Assembly (NCBI GenBank): GCA_963764625.1
Contig: CAVXTH010000007.1
Span: 160,001 to 224,000 of the forward strand
Direction of reading: 5' to 3'
DNA length: 64,000 bases
Origin: Candidatus Krumholzibacteriota bacterium
GTDB taxonomy: Bacteria > Krumholzibacteriota > Krumholzibacteriia > JAJRXK01
The notes beneath the pieces are model-generated. The model saw only the letters and a program-made list of their open reading frames with translations. It did not search any database and was not told where the DNA came from. Of the stretch, positions 27,684-38,354 are shown piece after piece. Position numbers and translations under genes: made by a program. Every line of letters starts with the position of its first letter. Position 1 is the stretch's first letter.

Positions 27684-28439
27684 TCACTTGCCGTAACTCG
27701 ACTTGATCTTGCTGAAGGAGACCGCTTGTGCATCCACTGGAGACATCGCGCTGATCTCGACCACGAAATCCTGGTAGTCGTTGTCAGTACAATGGTCGCA
27801 GTAGCTCGAAGTGATGTCGCCACTGTAGTCCAGGTCTTCCCAGGCCAGAACGAAGGTGGGAACGCCGCCACGGAGATCCGTGATGTCATACACGAGACAC
27901 TGCACGTCGCCATCTGTCGGCGCGTGCACTCCGCCGCCCCCGGACACGCCGAGGTCGTTGTAGAAGCGATTGACGAAGAAAAGCTCCGGTTCGGGTGCGT
28001 TGATGGAGTCCAGCGGACCATTGGGGTTGAGATAGAAGCTAAACGTCGTCACGCCGGAGGGGAATACGATCGATGCCGTCGCTCCGACCCCCGACGGGCC
28101 ATCAAAGATCACACCGTCGTCCACTCCATCGATGACGGGTTGACTCAAGGTCTCCTTGTACCAGCCGAAGGTGTTTTGGGGACTGTAGCCCGCGACCTCG
28201 CGAACGATGATGCCGTAGATTCCAAGGTCTTCCCAATACACGGGGTCGGGGTCGCCGGAGTTTGCGCCGATGTAGTCGTTCTGGGCGTCGATGACGCCAA
28301 CACCGTACTCAGCATCGAGTACGCTCTGAAGGGAGATACCATCCCACGACGTGCCGAAGGTGACAGGGAAGGCGTGGGCTGAGGAAGCAAGAAGCAGGGC
28401 CAGCAGCGCGCAGCCCATTCCGCGAACAAGGTTGTGCAT
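27684..28439 (-). CDS. Secreted DUF4114-like protein with a short SFSKIKSSYGK tail
   Basis: GGAGG RBS before ATG 28439; signal peptide ending AHA; LAWEDL...DNDYQDFVVEI. Confidence 0.8.
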   Translation of the reverse strand: MHNLVRGMGCALLALLLASSAHAFPVTFGTSWDGISLQSVLDAEYGVGVIDAQNDYIGANSGDPDPVYWEDLGIYGIIVREVAGYSPQNTFGWYKETLSQPVIDGVDDGVIFDGPSGVGATASIVFPSGVTTFSFYLNPNGPLDSINAPEPELFFVNRFYNDLGVSGGGGVHAPTDGDVQCLVYDITDLRGGVPTFVLAWEDLDYSGDITSSYCDHCTDNDYQDFVVEISAMSPVDAQAVSFSKIKSSYGK

Positions 28440-28667
28440 AGAGTGCCTCCACGGGAAGAGTGTCGGTGAGACTACGGGCGGCCGCGTCCAACGTAGAGGA
28501 CCGACGCAGCCGGAAGGATTCGTTCTCACTCTTCTCCTGCGCGAGTGTAGCCTAATTATAGGGTCCCTGTCGAGCCGGCCGATCCGTGATACGGCCCAAA
28601 ACGGTATCAAATAGCAATTTAGCCGGCTCGACCCGCCCAGTCTGGTACCGCTGCGGCCCGTGGTGAT

Positions 28668-29705
28668 TCAGGGCGCGGTTTGCTCCGAGCTCGCGGACTC
28701 CAGCCCCAGTTTCTGCAGATAGCCGTTCAGCTTCTTGTGCTGTTCGGCTTTCATGTCTCCTTCCGCCATCTGGATGGCGCGCATCTCTGCCAGTACCGCG
28801 CCGACAAAGTCACCCTGGGCCGCCAGAGTGCTCGCCAGGCCATCGAGATGTCCCGGCGCTTCGAAGCGCGTGGCGCGGACCGCTTGCTCAGCAGCTTGTA
28901 CCGCCGCCTGGCGAAGGGAAGCGGGGACATCCCCTTCCGCTTCGCTCACTTTGACGGCGAGACCAGTGAGAAGTTTGGGGTCGGCGACACTGGAGTACTG
29001 GGAGAGCAGTTCTTGCGTCGCGTTGGTGGCGTCTTCCCAGCTCTGCGCCGCGATCGCTTCGTCAATCCGCTTTCGCAGGACCTTCGCGGCTCTTGCCTCT
29101 TCGAATTCCCGACGAGCGCGCGTCATATCGAACTCTCCGGCAAGGACTGCCTGAACTCTGGATTCGACGCGATGGGGATTTCCCACCCACAACAAGTGGC
29201 CGCTTCCATCTACCAAGAAAGCCCTGGGCAGGCTCATTGTACCCAGACGCTGCATCCACTCGTGGACGAAGATCCCCTGCAGCTTCTTCGCTTCGGAACG
29301 ACTGGGAGGAAGCCAGGCCATGCGGTAGTTGATTCGATCCTGTCGGGACGCGAGAAACCTCTTCACCGAGCCGAGATCATTGCCCCACTTGTCTTCGGAG
29401 GTGATGCCGATCACGACCAGGCCATCCTTGGCGAAACGCTCCTGCAAATTCTCTAGCAGCGGCATGCTGGCCAGACAGGGAGTGCACCAGGTGGCCCACA
29501 GATCGATGAGGTAGAGATGGTCGGGCTGCCAGTTATCAATCGGCGCGCCCTGCAACCACTCGCTCACTTCGATGAAGGGCAGAGCGTCACCGACGGTCAG
29601 GGCCTGGCTCTCAGGTTGGGCTCGAGCGGTTGCAACCGACAGAAAGAGCAGACTGGCGAGCGCTAGAATGGGAAAATGGAGGACGGACACGCGAGGCGGG
29701 TTCAT
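28668..29705 (-). CDS. Exported TlpA-like thioredoxin with helical/TPR-like C-terminus
   Basis: Signal peptide; DLWATWCTPC; PRAFLVD. Confidence 0.85.
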   Translation of the reverse strand: MNPPRVSVLHFPILALASLLFLSVATARAQPESQALTVGDALPFIEVSEWLQGAPIDNWQPDHLYLIDLWATWCTPCLASMPLLENLQERFAKDGLVVIGITSEDKWGNDLGSVKRFLASRQDRINYRMAWLPPSRSEAKKLQGIFVHEWMQRLGTMSLPRAFLVDGSGHLLWVGNPHRVESRVQAVLAGEFDMTRARREFEEARAAKVLRKRIDEAIAAQSWEDATNATQELLSQYSSVADPKLLTGLAVKVSEAEGDVPASLRQAAVQAAEQAVRATRFEAPGHLDGLASTLAAQGDFVGAVLAEMRAIQMAEGDMKAEQHKKLNGYLQKLGLESASSEQTAP

Positions 29706-29933
29706 GGTGCGCTCCTTACTCGATTTGCGGGTGGACGGAGAGGCGGGACTCCGCGGGAGAACAGTCTCAAGCTAGCGGCTGCCGATGTCCCCGTCGAGGG
29801 TCTCCTGGACGGAGCTTGACTGTCCAGTCGATTCGCCATTTGAAGACCGCAATCCCCAATGGGAGACGGAGCGGCGGCGAGCTGCTGGAGTAGTGTCGAG
29901 TTCACAAACGCCAGGCACGAAGGGAAGTCCAAA

Positions 29934-32177
29934 TTGCTCGGCAAGAGTTTGGATGGCTATGAGATCATCGCCTTCCTCGGCAGCGGGGGAATGGGTGAAG
30001 TCTACCGGGCGCGGGATCAGCAGTTGGGTCGCGAGGTCGCTCTCAAGCTCCTACGGGAAGATCTCGCGGCGGACGCCAAGCTCGTGAACCGTCTGAAACT
30101 GGAAGCTCGTACTCTCGCCAGCCTCAATCATCCCAACATTGCCACTCTCTTCGCCTTCGTTCAGGCCCAAGGCCGCTGGTTCCTGGTGATGGAATTGGTG
30201 GAGGGCAAGGATCTCCAGGAGCACCTGCTAGCGGGTCCGTTGCCCACAGAGGAAGCGGTGCGGGTGGCTCGTGAAATCGCCGAGGGATTGGCGGTCGCCC
30301 ACGCGCACGGAGTCGTGCACCGCGATCTCAAACCCGCCAACGTGAAGCTGACGGACGAGGGAAGAGTGAAGATCCTCGACTTCGGATTGGCCAAGCACGA
30401 GACGCTGGGCGGGAACGAGCTGACCACGATGCCGGCACAGGTCACGGCGGACGGTACGCTCGTCGGGACACCAGCCTATCTCGCTCCTGAACGCATCCGC
30501 GGCGAATCCGGCGACGCACGTAGCGATGTCTTTGCACTGGGTTTGGTGCTCTACGAGATGCTCACCGGGAGGCATTCCTTCCTCAGGTCCAACGTCTTTG
30601 AGACGACTAGCGCCATCCTCAAGGAAGATTCTGCGCGGTTGACCGGACACCCCGCATGGCTGGCCCGGCTGGTCGAGGAAGCGCTGGAAAAGTCTCCCGA
30701 TAGACGTCTGGCCTCGGCCCGCGAGTTCGCGGATCGACTTGCCGCGGGAGCTCCCACTGCTTCGGAACGCCAGCCTATCGAGGAAGAGCTCCCCATCGAC
30801 TCTCTGGCCGTACTCCCGTTCTACAATGAAGCCGGGGAAGAGGATGCTGACTATCTCATCGACGGAATTTGCGACTCCCTCATCGACAACCTCTCGTAGC
30901 TCCCACGCCTGAAGGTGATGGCTCAGAGCACGGTCTTCCGTTGTCGCGAACTCTACGACCGTCCCGATGCGGTGGGGAGAGAGCTGAAGGTCCGTGCGGT
31001 GCTCACCGGCCGGATGCAGAAACGGCGTGACAAATTGGTCATTCGCACCGAACTCGTGGATGCGAACGACGGAAGGCGCCTCTGGGGCGGACGCTTCGAC
31101 CGTCCGCTTACCGACGTACTCGCGATCGAGGGGGAAATTTGCGCGGAGATCACCGAGAATCCGCGCTTTCGCCTGACGCACGAAGAGAGGAGCCTCATCG
31201 CCAAACGTCAAGAGCGCGATCCCCGCGCCCACGATGCCTACATGCAGGGCCGCTACTTCTGGAAGCGCTGGAAGACGGCCGATGCCATGTACGCTGCGAT
31301 CCGCTATTTCGAGGAGGCACTTTCGATCGATCCCCTGTACGCACTGGCGCACGGGGGTCTGGCTGACTGCTACAACATTCTGGGAAACATCAAGGCCCTC
31401 CCGCCCGATGAGGCCTATCCCAAGGCCAAAGACGAAGTGAACAAGGGTCTAGCTCTCGATGAGGGGTTGGCCGAGCTGCACGCCTCCTTGGCGTTCATCC
31501 ACCGGTTTCGGGACTGGGACTGGAAGTCGGCCGAGCGGGAATCTCTCCGGGCCATCGAGCAGAATCCCGGCTACTCGCCCGCACATCGTTTTTACGGACA
31601 TCTCCTCTCCGGCCTGGGCCGGCATGAGGAGGCGATCCCGCGCGTCAAGCGGGCACTCGAATTGGATCCTCTCTCGATCCTTCTGCACACCTCGGTGGGT
31701 GACACCTATTTCTATGCGCGCCGCTACGAGGAATCGATGGGGTGGTATCGCAAGGCGATGGATCTGGACGAGGCCTTCATCCCTGCCCACACCGATCTTG
31801 CTCGCGCCCTGGAGCTCGCCGGCCGCCTCGAAGAGGCCGAGGCGGAGTTTCGCAAGGCCCAGACGCTCATGCCCGAAGGTCCACCCGAGCCCTCCTCCGG
31901 TCTGGCGCATGTGTACGCGCGCATGGGTCGGAGGGAAGAGGCGCTGGCGATCGTGAATCGGCTTTTGGAAAGGGCCAAGTCGCGCTATGTGTCACCCTAC
32001 GGCATCGCGTCGATCTACGCCTGCATGAACGAAGTGGACACGTCCCTGGACTGGCTGGAGAAGGCGTACGCGCAGCACGATCAGACCCTGGTGTGGATCA
32101 AGGTGCACCCCCGCCTCGATCCGCTGCGGGGGCACCCTCGGTACGAAGCTCTTCTGAAGAAAATGTCTTTGGACTGA
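29934..32177 (+). CDS. Hanks Ser/Thr kinase + TolB-like + TPR protein, interrupted by an in-frame TAG at 30897-30899
   Basis: LGSGGMGEVY, HRDLKPAN, DFGLAK, SLAVLPF; NLS*LPRLKVM continues in frame into TPR repeats. Confidence 0.85.
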
Positions 32178-32208
32178 CCCGCACTCAGTCGCTCCGCTGG
32201 TGAGGCAC

Positions 32209-33322
32209 TTAGTCCCGCAGGTAGTGGCAGGTGTACCCTCCGGGATGCTTCACCAGATAATCCTGATGGTACTCCTCGGCGCGATAGAAAGCCGAAGCGG
32301 GAACGATCTCGGTGGTGAGAGGACGCTTCCACTTTCCCGACGCGTCGACTTCGGCCTTCACCTTCTCCGCGATCTCACGCTGCTTCTCGCCGTGGTAGAA
32401 GATCGCCGAACGGTACTGGGTGCCGATGTCATTCCCCTGGCGATTCTTGGTGGTGGGATCGTGCATGCGGAAGAAGTAGCTCAACAGCTCCTCGAAACTG
32501 ATCTTCGAGGGGTCGAAAGTGATCTGAACCGATTCCGCGTGACCGGTCGTGCCGGTGTGAACGTCCTCGTAGGTGGGATTCTTGGTCGTGCCGCCCGTGT
32601 AGCCCACCACGGTGTCCACGACGCCCGGGATCTTGCGGAGGATGTCTTCCATGCCCCAGAAACAACCCCCGGCCAGGGTGGCAATCTCGGTCTTCGGCTT
32701 GGTCATGTCCTTGTTCTCCTCGGCGGACTGAAACAGAGCCAGGTAGCTTCCATATCCTTCGCTGGCCAGCTGATCCACCGGAATGAACCGGAGCGCGGCC
32801 GAATTGATGCAGTAGCGTAGGCCATCGGGCCCCGGACCATCGGGAAAGACATGTCCCAGGTGGGAGTCGGCTGCCTTGGAACGCACCTCGACGCGCGACA
32901 TCCCCAGACTCTTGTCCACGTCCTCAGTGACGGCCTGCGGATTCACCGGGTGAGTGAAGCTGGGCCATCCGCAACCGGAATCGTACTTGTCCAGGGAGGT
33001 AAAAAGGGGCTCTCCGGAAACGACGTCCACGTACAGCCCGGCCTTGTGGTTGTCCCAGAACTCATTCTGGAACGGTCTCTCGGTGGCTGCCTCTTGCGTC
33101 ACCTGGTACTGAAGCGGTTTCAGCTCTTTGCGCAGCTCGGCGTCGTCCGGCTTCTGGTAGTGCTTCCAGGAACCGGTGGAGTCCTCCTTTCGCCTCTGGA
33201 TGTTTCATCCTCTTGTCATGCGGTTCTTTCGCCATGGTCGAAGCGCTCCCCAAAAACGCGGTCAAAACGAGGGTGACCACGAAGATCATGATAGAAGGCA
33301 GGGCCTTGCTGCTTTGTCTCAC
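32209..33322 (-). CDS. msrAB: Exported bifunctional methionine sulfoxide reductase MsrB-MsrA (frameshift near 33190-33230)
   Basis: Msr[21 protein letters not shown]; Msr[20 protein letters not shown]; upstream GTG with AGGAGG RBS and a signal peptide in another frame. Confidence 0.9.
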
Positions 33323-33422
33323 GGCATCCTCCTGAGAGAAATGACGCCGGGCTTCTCCGGCATCTGTCCCTAATACGGATAGGGGGTCCGATCGTGACCG
33401 CACTCTCCGTTTTCGTGCCGCC

Positions 33423-34550
33423 TCAGCTCAGCCGCTTTTGGAAGCGCTGAGCCGCCGAGCCAAAGACAAACAAACCCATGCCGGTGAGAACGGCCAGGTC
33501 TCGCCACAGATCGAGGAATCCGGCCCCTTTGAGGAAGATCCCGCGCACGATGTTCATGATGTAGCGGACCGGGTCGACGGCCGAGATCCACTGCGCCCAT
33601 TGTGGCATGTTCTCGACGGGGTAGAAGAAGCCGCTCATGAGGATGCCGAAAACCAGGAAGAACCAGACGGTGAGCATGGCCTGCTGTTGGGTTTGCGAAA
33701 CGGTCGAAGCCAAAAGACCCACGCCGAGGGTCACGAGCAGATAGGCCATTGCGGCCAACCCCAACAGGGGGATCGATCCCTCCAGAGGCAGGTGGAACCA
33801 GAGCAGGGCCACCGTCCCCGCGAAGCAGAACTCGAAGAATGACACCACCACGAAGGGAATCGTCTTGCCCGCCACCAGCTCGAAAGGACGCAGGGGACTG
33901 ACCAGCAATTGCTCGAGCGTCCCGATCTCCTTCTCGCGCACCACCGCCATTCCGGTCAGGAGCGAGGAGACGACCGTGATCAACAGGACCAAGATCCCCG
34001 GCACCATGAAGAAACGACTTTCCAGTTCAGGGTTGTAGAAAAAGCGCGTGATGCCTTCGACCCGAGCTGAAGCGCCGGTTCCCGCTTCCAAAGAGAAGCC
34101 TCTTTCACGCAGCATTCTCTCGGTCTCCCGCATCACGATGACTTGCGCATAGCCGCTGGCTCGACCCGCCACGCTGCTGTTCTGGCCGTCGACCGTTACG
34201 GCGACCTGTGGCGTTTTGCCTTCTGCGAGATCCTTCGCGAAGCCCTTGGGAATCCACAAGGTCACCCCGGCGCTCTCCTCCGTCAGAAGCTCGCGCAGCT
34301 CGACGGGATCCTGCGCTCTGGGCCCCGGCACGAAGACATCCGACTGGAAGAAGGCATCGACCAGGCGGCGCGACTCTCGGCTCTGATCCTGGTCGAGAGT
34401 GGAGACCGAGACGTTATGCAGGTCCGTGTTCGCGGCATACGCAAACACGAAGAGCTGAATCAGAGGCATGATGAAGATGATTCGCAGCATGGCAGGATCG
34501 CGAAAGATCTGCCGAAACTCTTTCTGCACCAGGGTTCGTAGCGCGCGCAT
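33423..34550 (-). CDS. ABC-2 efflux permease (YbhR-like)
   Basis: KEFRQIFRD, YNPEL, REKEIGTLEQLLVSP. Confidence 0.9.
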   Translation of the reverse strand: MRALRTLVQKEFRQIFRDPAMLRIIFIMPLIQLFVFAYAANTDLHNVSVSTLDQDQSRESRRLVDAFFQSDVFVPGPRAQDPVELRELLTEESAGVTLWIPKGFAKDLAEGKTPQVAVTVDGQNSSVAGRASGYAQVIVMRETERMLRERGFSLEAGTGASARVEGITRFFYNPELESRFFMVPGILVLLITVVSSLLTGMAVVREKEIGTLEQLLVSPLRPFELVAGKTIPFVVVSFFEFCFAGTVALLWFHLPLEGSIPLLGLAAMAYLLVTLGVGLLASTVSQTQQQAMLTVWFFLVFGILMSGFFYPVENMPQWAQWISAVDPVRYIMNIVRGIFLKGAGFLDLWRDLAVLTGMGLFVFGSAAQRFQKRLS

Positions 34551-34554
34551 TGCA

Positions 34555-35675
34555 TTACTCCAAGGTGGCGCGGAAACGGCGCGTGGCCGCTCCGGTGAAA
34601 GACCAGCAAGAGAACGAGCATCACCGCCAGGTCGCGTCCGAACCAGTATTCACCCTTCAGGAGAATTCCGTGCACGATGCGGATGTAGTGCGTGGCGGGA
34701 ATGAGCTCGCCCACCAGACGCAAGGGCAGCGGCATGCCCCGCAATTCGAAAATGAAGCCCGAGAGGATGAGGCTCGGAAGATAGGTTGCGACGAGCGCGA
34801 CCATCATCGCGGTTCGCTGCGATCCGGCGAGAGCCGAGATCAGGAGTCCGAGGGAGAGCGCGATCAAGATGTAGACGAGACTGTAGGCGGCCAGCACCCA
34901 CCACGAGCCCTCCATCGGGAACGCCGAAGACGAACCGGCCGACGCCCAATACCAGGGCCGCGTCGATCGCGCCCAGTCCCACGTAGGGCAGCAGTTTTCC
35001 CACGATGACCTGCAGCGGTGTCACCGGCGTGGTCAGCACCTGCTCGAGGGTTCCCGTCTCTTTCTCACGCGCCAGGGCGATGCTGGTCAAGAGGGCGCAG
35101 ATCATCATGAGGATGACCGCCACCAGTCCCGGCACCACGAAGTAGGCGCTCACGAGCTCGGGATTGAAATCGATACGCAGGCGAGGATCGACGGGAACGA
35201 CCGAAGCTCCCACGGCTGCGCCCGGGCTAGTCCCGGCCAAAGCCCGGTTGAACCGCTGCAAGACCGAGTTCAGGTAATTGTCGACGGTCGCGGCCGTCGT
35301 GCCGTCCGCGCCGTCGATCAGGATCTGCACCGTTGACGACGCGTCCTCGTGTAGGCGACGCGCGAAGTGACGGGGAATGACCACGGCCGCGCGGAAGCGG
35401 CTGGAACGAAAGCCCGGTTCGATCTCCCCGCGTCCGTTCAGCCGGGCTACGTCCACGATGAACCCGCTGGAAGTCATGTCCAGAATCAGCTTGCGGCTGG
35501 CGGGACTGTGATCCTCATCAAGAAACGCGACGGGCAGGTGTTTGAGCTCCATGTCGATGGCGAAACCGAAGACGAGCACCATTGCCAGGGGCATGAGAAT
35601 GGCGACCCCGAGGCTGCGCCGGTCGCGCAAGATGTGATAGACCTCTTTGCGGGCCATGGCCAAGACACGGTTCAT
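34555..35675 (-). CDS. ABC-2 efflux permease (YbhS-like), frameshift near 34915
   Basis: KEVYHILRD, REKETGTLEQVL; C-terminus continues in the 34460..34915 frame. Confidence 0.85.
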
Positions 35676-36404
35676 GATCCAACCAACTCCAGAAAGACAT
35701 CCTGCATGGTCGCGGCGCCGGTACGCTCTTTCAGTTTTTGTGGGCTGTCGAGGGCTTCGATTTTTCCTTTTACCATGATCGAGACACGGCCGCAGTATTC
35801 GGCTTCATCCATGTAGTGGGTGGTGACGAAGACCGTCGTGCCCCCGTCGGCCAACTCGTAGATGAGATCCCAGAACTGTCGGCGCGCCACCGGATCAACC
35901 CCGCCGGTGGGTTCATCGAGAAACACGATGCTCGGCTCGTGCAGGACCGCGCATCCGAGGGCCAGGCGCTGTTTGAAACCCAGGGGGAGAGACCCGGTCA
36001 TCCGCGTCCGCATGTTCTTCAGGCCCAAACGCTCGACGAGTTCACCGGCTCGCTCACGCAATCTCGTGGGGTCCATGTCCATAGATACCGCCGTAGAATT
36101 CGAGGTTTTCGTGGACGCGAAGATCGTCGTACAGACTGAAGCGCTGGCTCATGTAGCCGATCTTGCGCTTGATCTTTTCTCCCTGGTCGTTCACCGACAG
36201 TCCGCCGACCCAGGCTTCGCCTCCGCTGGGGGCCAGAAGTCCACAGAACATGCGAATCGCGGTGGTCTTTCCCGCTCCGTTGGCGCCCAGAAAGCCGAAG
36301 ATCTCACCGGGCTCGACCGCCAGGGAAATGCCGTCGACGGCGGTGAAGTCACCGAAGCGCCGGGTGAGTCCGTCGGCATAGACCGCGTATTCGTCGTGGG
36401 TCAT
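35672..36404 (-). CDS. ABC ATP-binding protein (YbhF-like), frameshift near 36083
   Basis: GANGAGKTT; LPLGFKQRL; FLDEPTGGVDP, split over two frames. Confidence 0.88.
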
Positions 36405-37351
36405 GCTGCCACCTCCTGCCTCGAAACCGTGAGTTCGACGAAGACGTCCTCGATGGAGGGTCGAGCGGGTTCGAGCGTTACCTTGAGTCCGGCGACGCGG
36501 GCGCGGATGGCTTCCAGCTGTCGCGCCTCGTCGTAGACCACGTGCAGGCGGTCACCGAAACGGTGCACGGCGAGATGATCGAATCCCAGAAGAGCTTCCC
36601 GCGCTTCCTTCAGAGCTTCGCCCGTCACCTCGAGCAACTTGCGGGGAAAGGCCTCGGGAATCCGATCCGGAGTGTCCTGCACGAGAACGTGACCGCGGTG
36701 GAGCAAAACGACGCGGTCGCAGAGGTCGGCTTCGTCCATGTAGGGCGTGCTGACCAGCAGGGCGAGGCCCTCGCCCGCCAGCTCGCGCAGGATGCGCCAG
36801 AATTCGCGGCGGCTGACCGGGTCGACTCCCGTGGTGGGTTCGTCCAGTACCAGAACCTCAGGCGTGTGAATGAGGGTACAGCTGAGGGCCAACTTCTGCT
36901 TCATACCTCCCGAAAGCTTTCCGGCGCGACGGGAGCGGAAACCGCCCAATTGGCTGAACTCCATGAGGCGTGCTTCCCGGTCCTTCCGTGCCTGCCCCTT
37001 CACGCCGAACATGTCGGCGAAGAAGCGCAGGTTTTCCGCCACACTGAGGTCGGGATACAGACTGAAGCGCTGCGGCATGTAGCCGAGGTGGTGTTTGAGT
37101 TCGCGAGCCTGGCGCTGACTGTCGAAATTCAAGACTCGAGTGGTCCCTTCATCGGGGTGAAGCAAACCGCAGACGATGCGCATCGAAGTGGTCTTGCCGG
37201 CGCCGTCCGGTCCGATGAGTCCCACGATTTCTCCACGGTTGACACGAAGGGTGAGACCGTCGACCGCGAGCGTTTCACCGTAGCTCTTGCGAAGACCCTC
37301 GATGGTAATCGCCGGGTTGGTGTCGTGGTGCGGGAGCTGAGCGGCGTGCAT
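36401..37351 (-). CDS. ABC ATP-binding protein
   Basis: GPDGAGKTT, LSGGMKQK, LDEPTTGVDP. Confidence 0.92.
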   Translation of the reverse strand: MHAAQLPHHDTNPAITIEGLRKSYGETLAVDGLTLRVNRGEIVGLIGPDGAGKTTSMRIVCGLLHPDEGTTRVLNFDSQRQARELKHHLGYMPQRFSLYPDLSVAENLRFFADMFGVKGQARKDREARLMEFSQLGGFRSRRAGKLSGGMKQKLALSCTLIHTPEVLVLDEPTTGVDPVSRREFWRILRELAGEGLALLVSTPYMDEADLCDRVVLLHRGHVLVQDTPDRIPEAFPRKLLEVTGEALKEAREALLGFDHLAVHRFGDRLHVVYDEARQLEAIRARVAGLKVTLEPARPSIEDVFVELTVSRQEVAA

Positions 37352-37359
37352 GGGAATCC

Positions 37360-38313
37360 TCAGTCCTTTTGGGATGAATCGAGACGCACGGCGGCGGGCA
37401 TTCCGATGTGCAAGCGCCCGTCGGGATTCTCGACCGTCAGTTTCACGGCATACACGAGTTGAGCTCGTGCTTTGGCGGTCTGCGCGTTCTTGGGAGTGAA
37501 CTCGGCCTGAGAGCTGATCCAACTGACGGTTCCGCGCAACTCCTTTTGCCCGAGCGCATCCACCAGGACGGGCAGGGTCTCTCCGAGCTTGACCCGGTCC
37601 AGCTCGGGCTCTTCCAGGAAAACGCGCAACTCGAGTTGACTCAGGTTGGCCATCCTAAGGGCCAGAGCGCCGGTTCGTCCAAGTTCTCCGGGCTCGGCCA
37701 CGCGCAACAGAATGGTGCCGTCGATGGGAGCGAGGATGATGCCATCGGCGATCTGTCGATCGATCACTGCGAGGGCCGCCTGAAGCTCTTCACGCTGCGC
37801 GTTCAACTGGGCCACTCGATCCCGCGCGCCCTCGACCTGACTCGCCGCGACATCGTGTTGCGCATTGAGGTCATCCACCTGTTGTTGGGTGACAGACCCC
37901 TGTTCATGCAAAGTATTGCTGCGTTTCAGAGTAGTGATGGCCAGTTCCAGCTTACGCTGGCTTTGGCGCAAGACCTGTTCTACTTCGCGCGTTTGCGCCG
38001 CCAGCACCTCGCGTTGCGCAGCAGTTTGCGCGCGCCGCTTGTGCAAGAGATCGGTATCGAGCACGAGAAGGGTATCGCCGGCCGCCACGGTGTCACCCTC
38101 GTCGGCCCGGACCTGTAGCACCTTGGCAGTGAGCTGGGGAGACAGATCCACTTCGGTGGCCTCGAGCGTGCCGGAGGGATTGGCCAACTTCCCGCCGTTT
38201 CCGCAGGCTGCCAGAGTGGCGCAGACGCACACACTGGCGAGTGCCGTCATCATCGCGCGGAGCGATCGACGTGGCGCGAGAGCGAGGAGCTTGGGGAGAG
38301 TCTGCATCATCAT
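37360..38313 (-). CDS. HlyD-family membrane fusion lipoprotein (YbhG-like)
   Basis: Lipobox LAAC, coiled coil, AEFTPKNAQT, LHIGMPA. Confidence 0.9.
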   Translation of the reverse strand: MMMQTLPKLLALAPRRSLRAMMTALASVCVCATLAACGNGGKLANPSGTLEATEVDLSPQLTAKVLQVRADEGDTVAAGDTLLVLDTDLLHKRRAQTAAQREVLAAQTREVEQVLRQSQRKLELAITTLKRSNTLHEQGSVTQQQVDDLNAQHDVAASQVEGARDRVAQLNAQREELQAALAVIDRQIADGIILAPIDGTILLRVAEPGELGRTGALALRMANLSQLELRVFLEEPELDRVKLGETLPVLVDALGQKELRGTVSWISSQAEFTPKNAQTAKARAQLVYAVKLTVENPDGRLHIGMPAAVRLDSSQKD

Positions 38314-38354
38314 CGTTCCTTCCTGGGGTGAAATCCGGGAATTGGAGGTGGAGT

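Noticed and set aside
30897-30899. Genome-wide TAG recoding or pyrrolysine
   Set aside because: TAG is the normal stop of several genes here (5206, 10350, 23473, 27084), and no pyl genes are in view.
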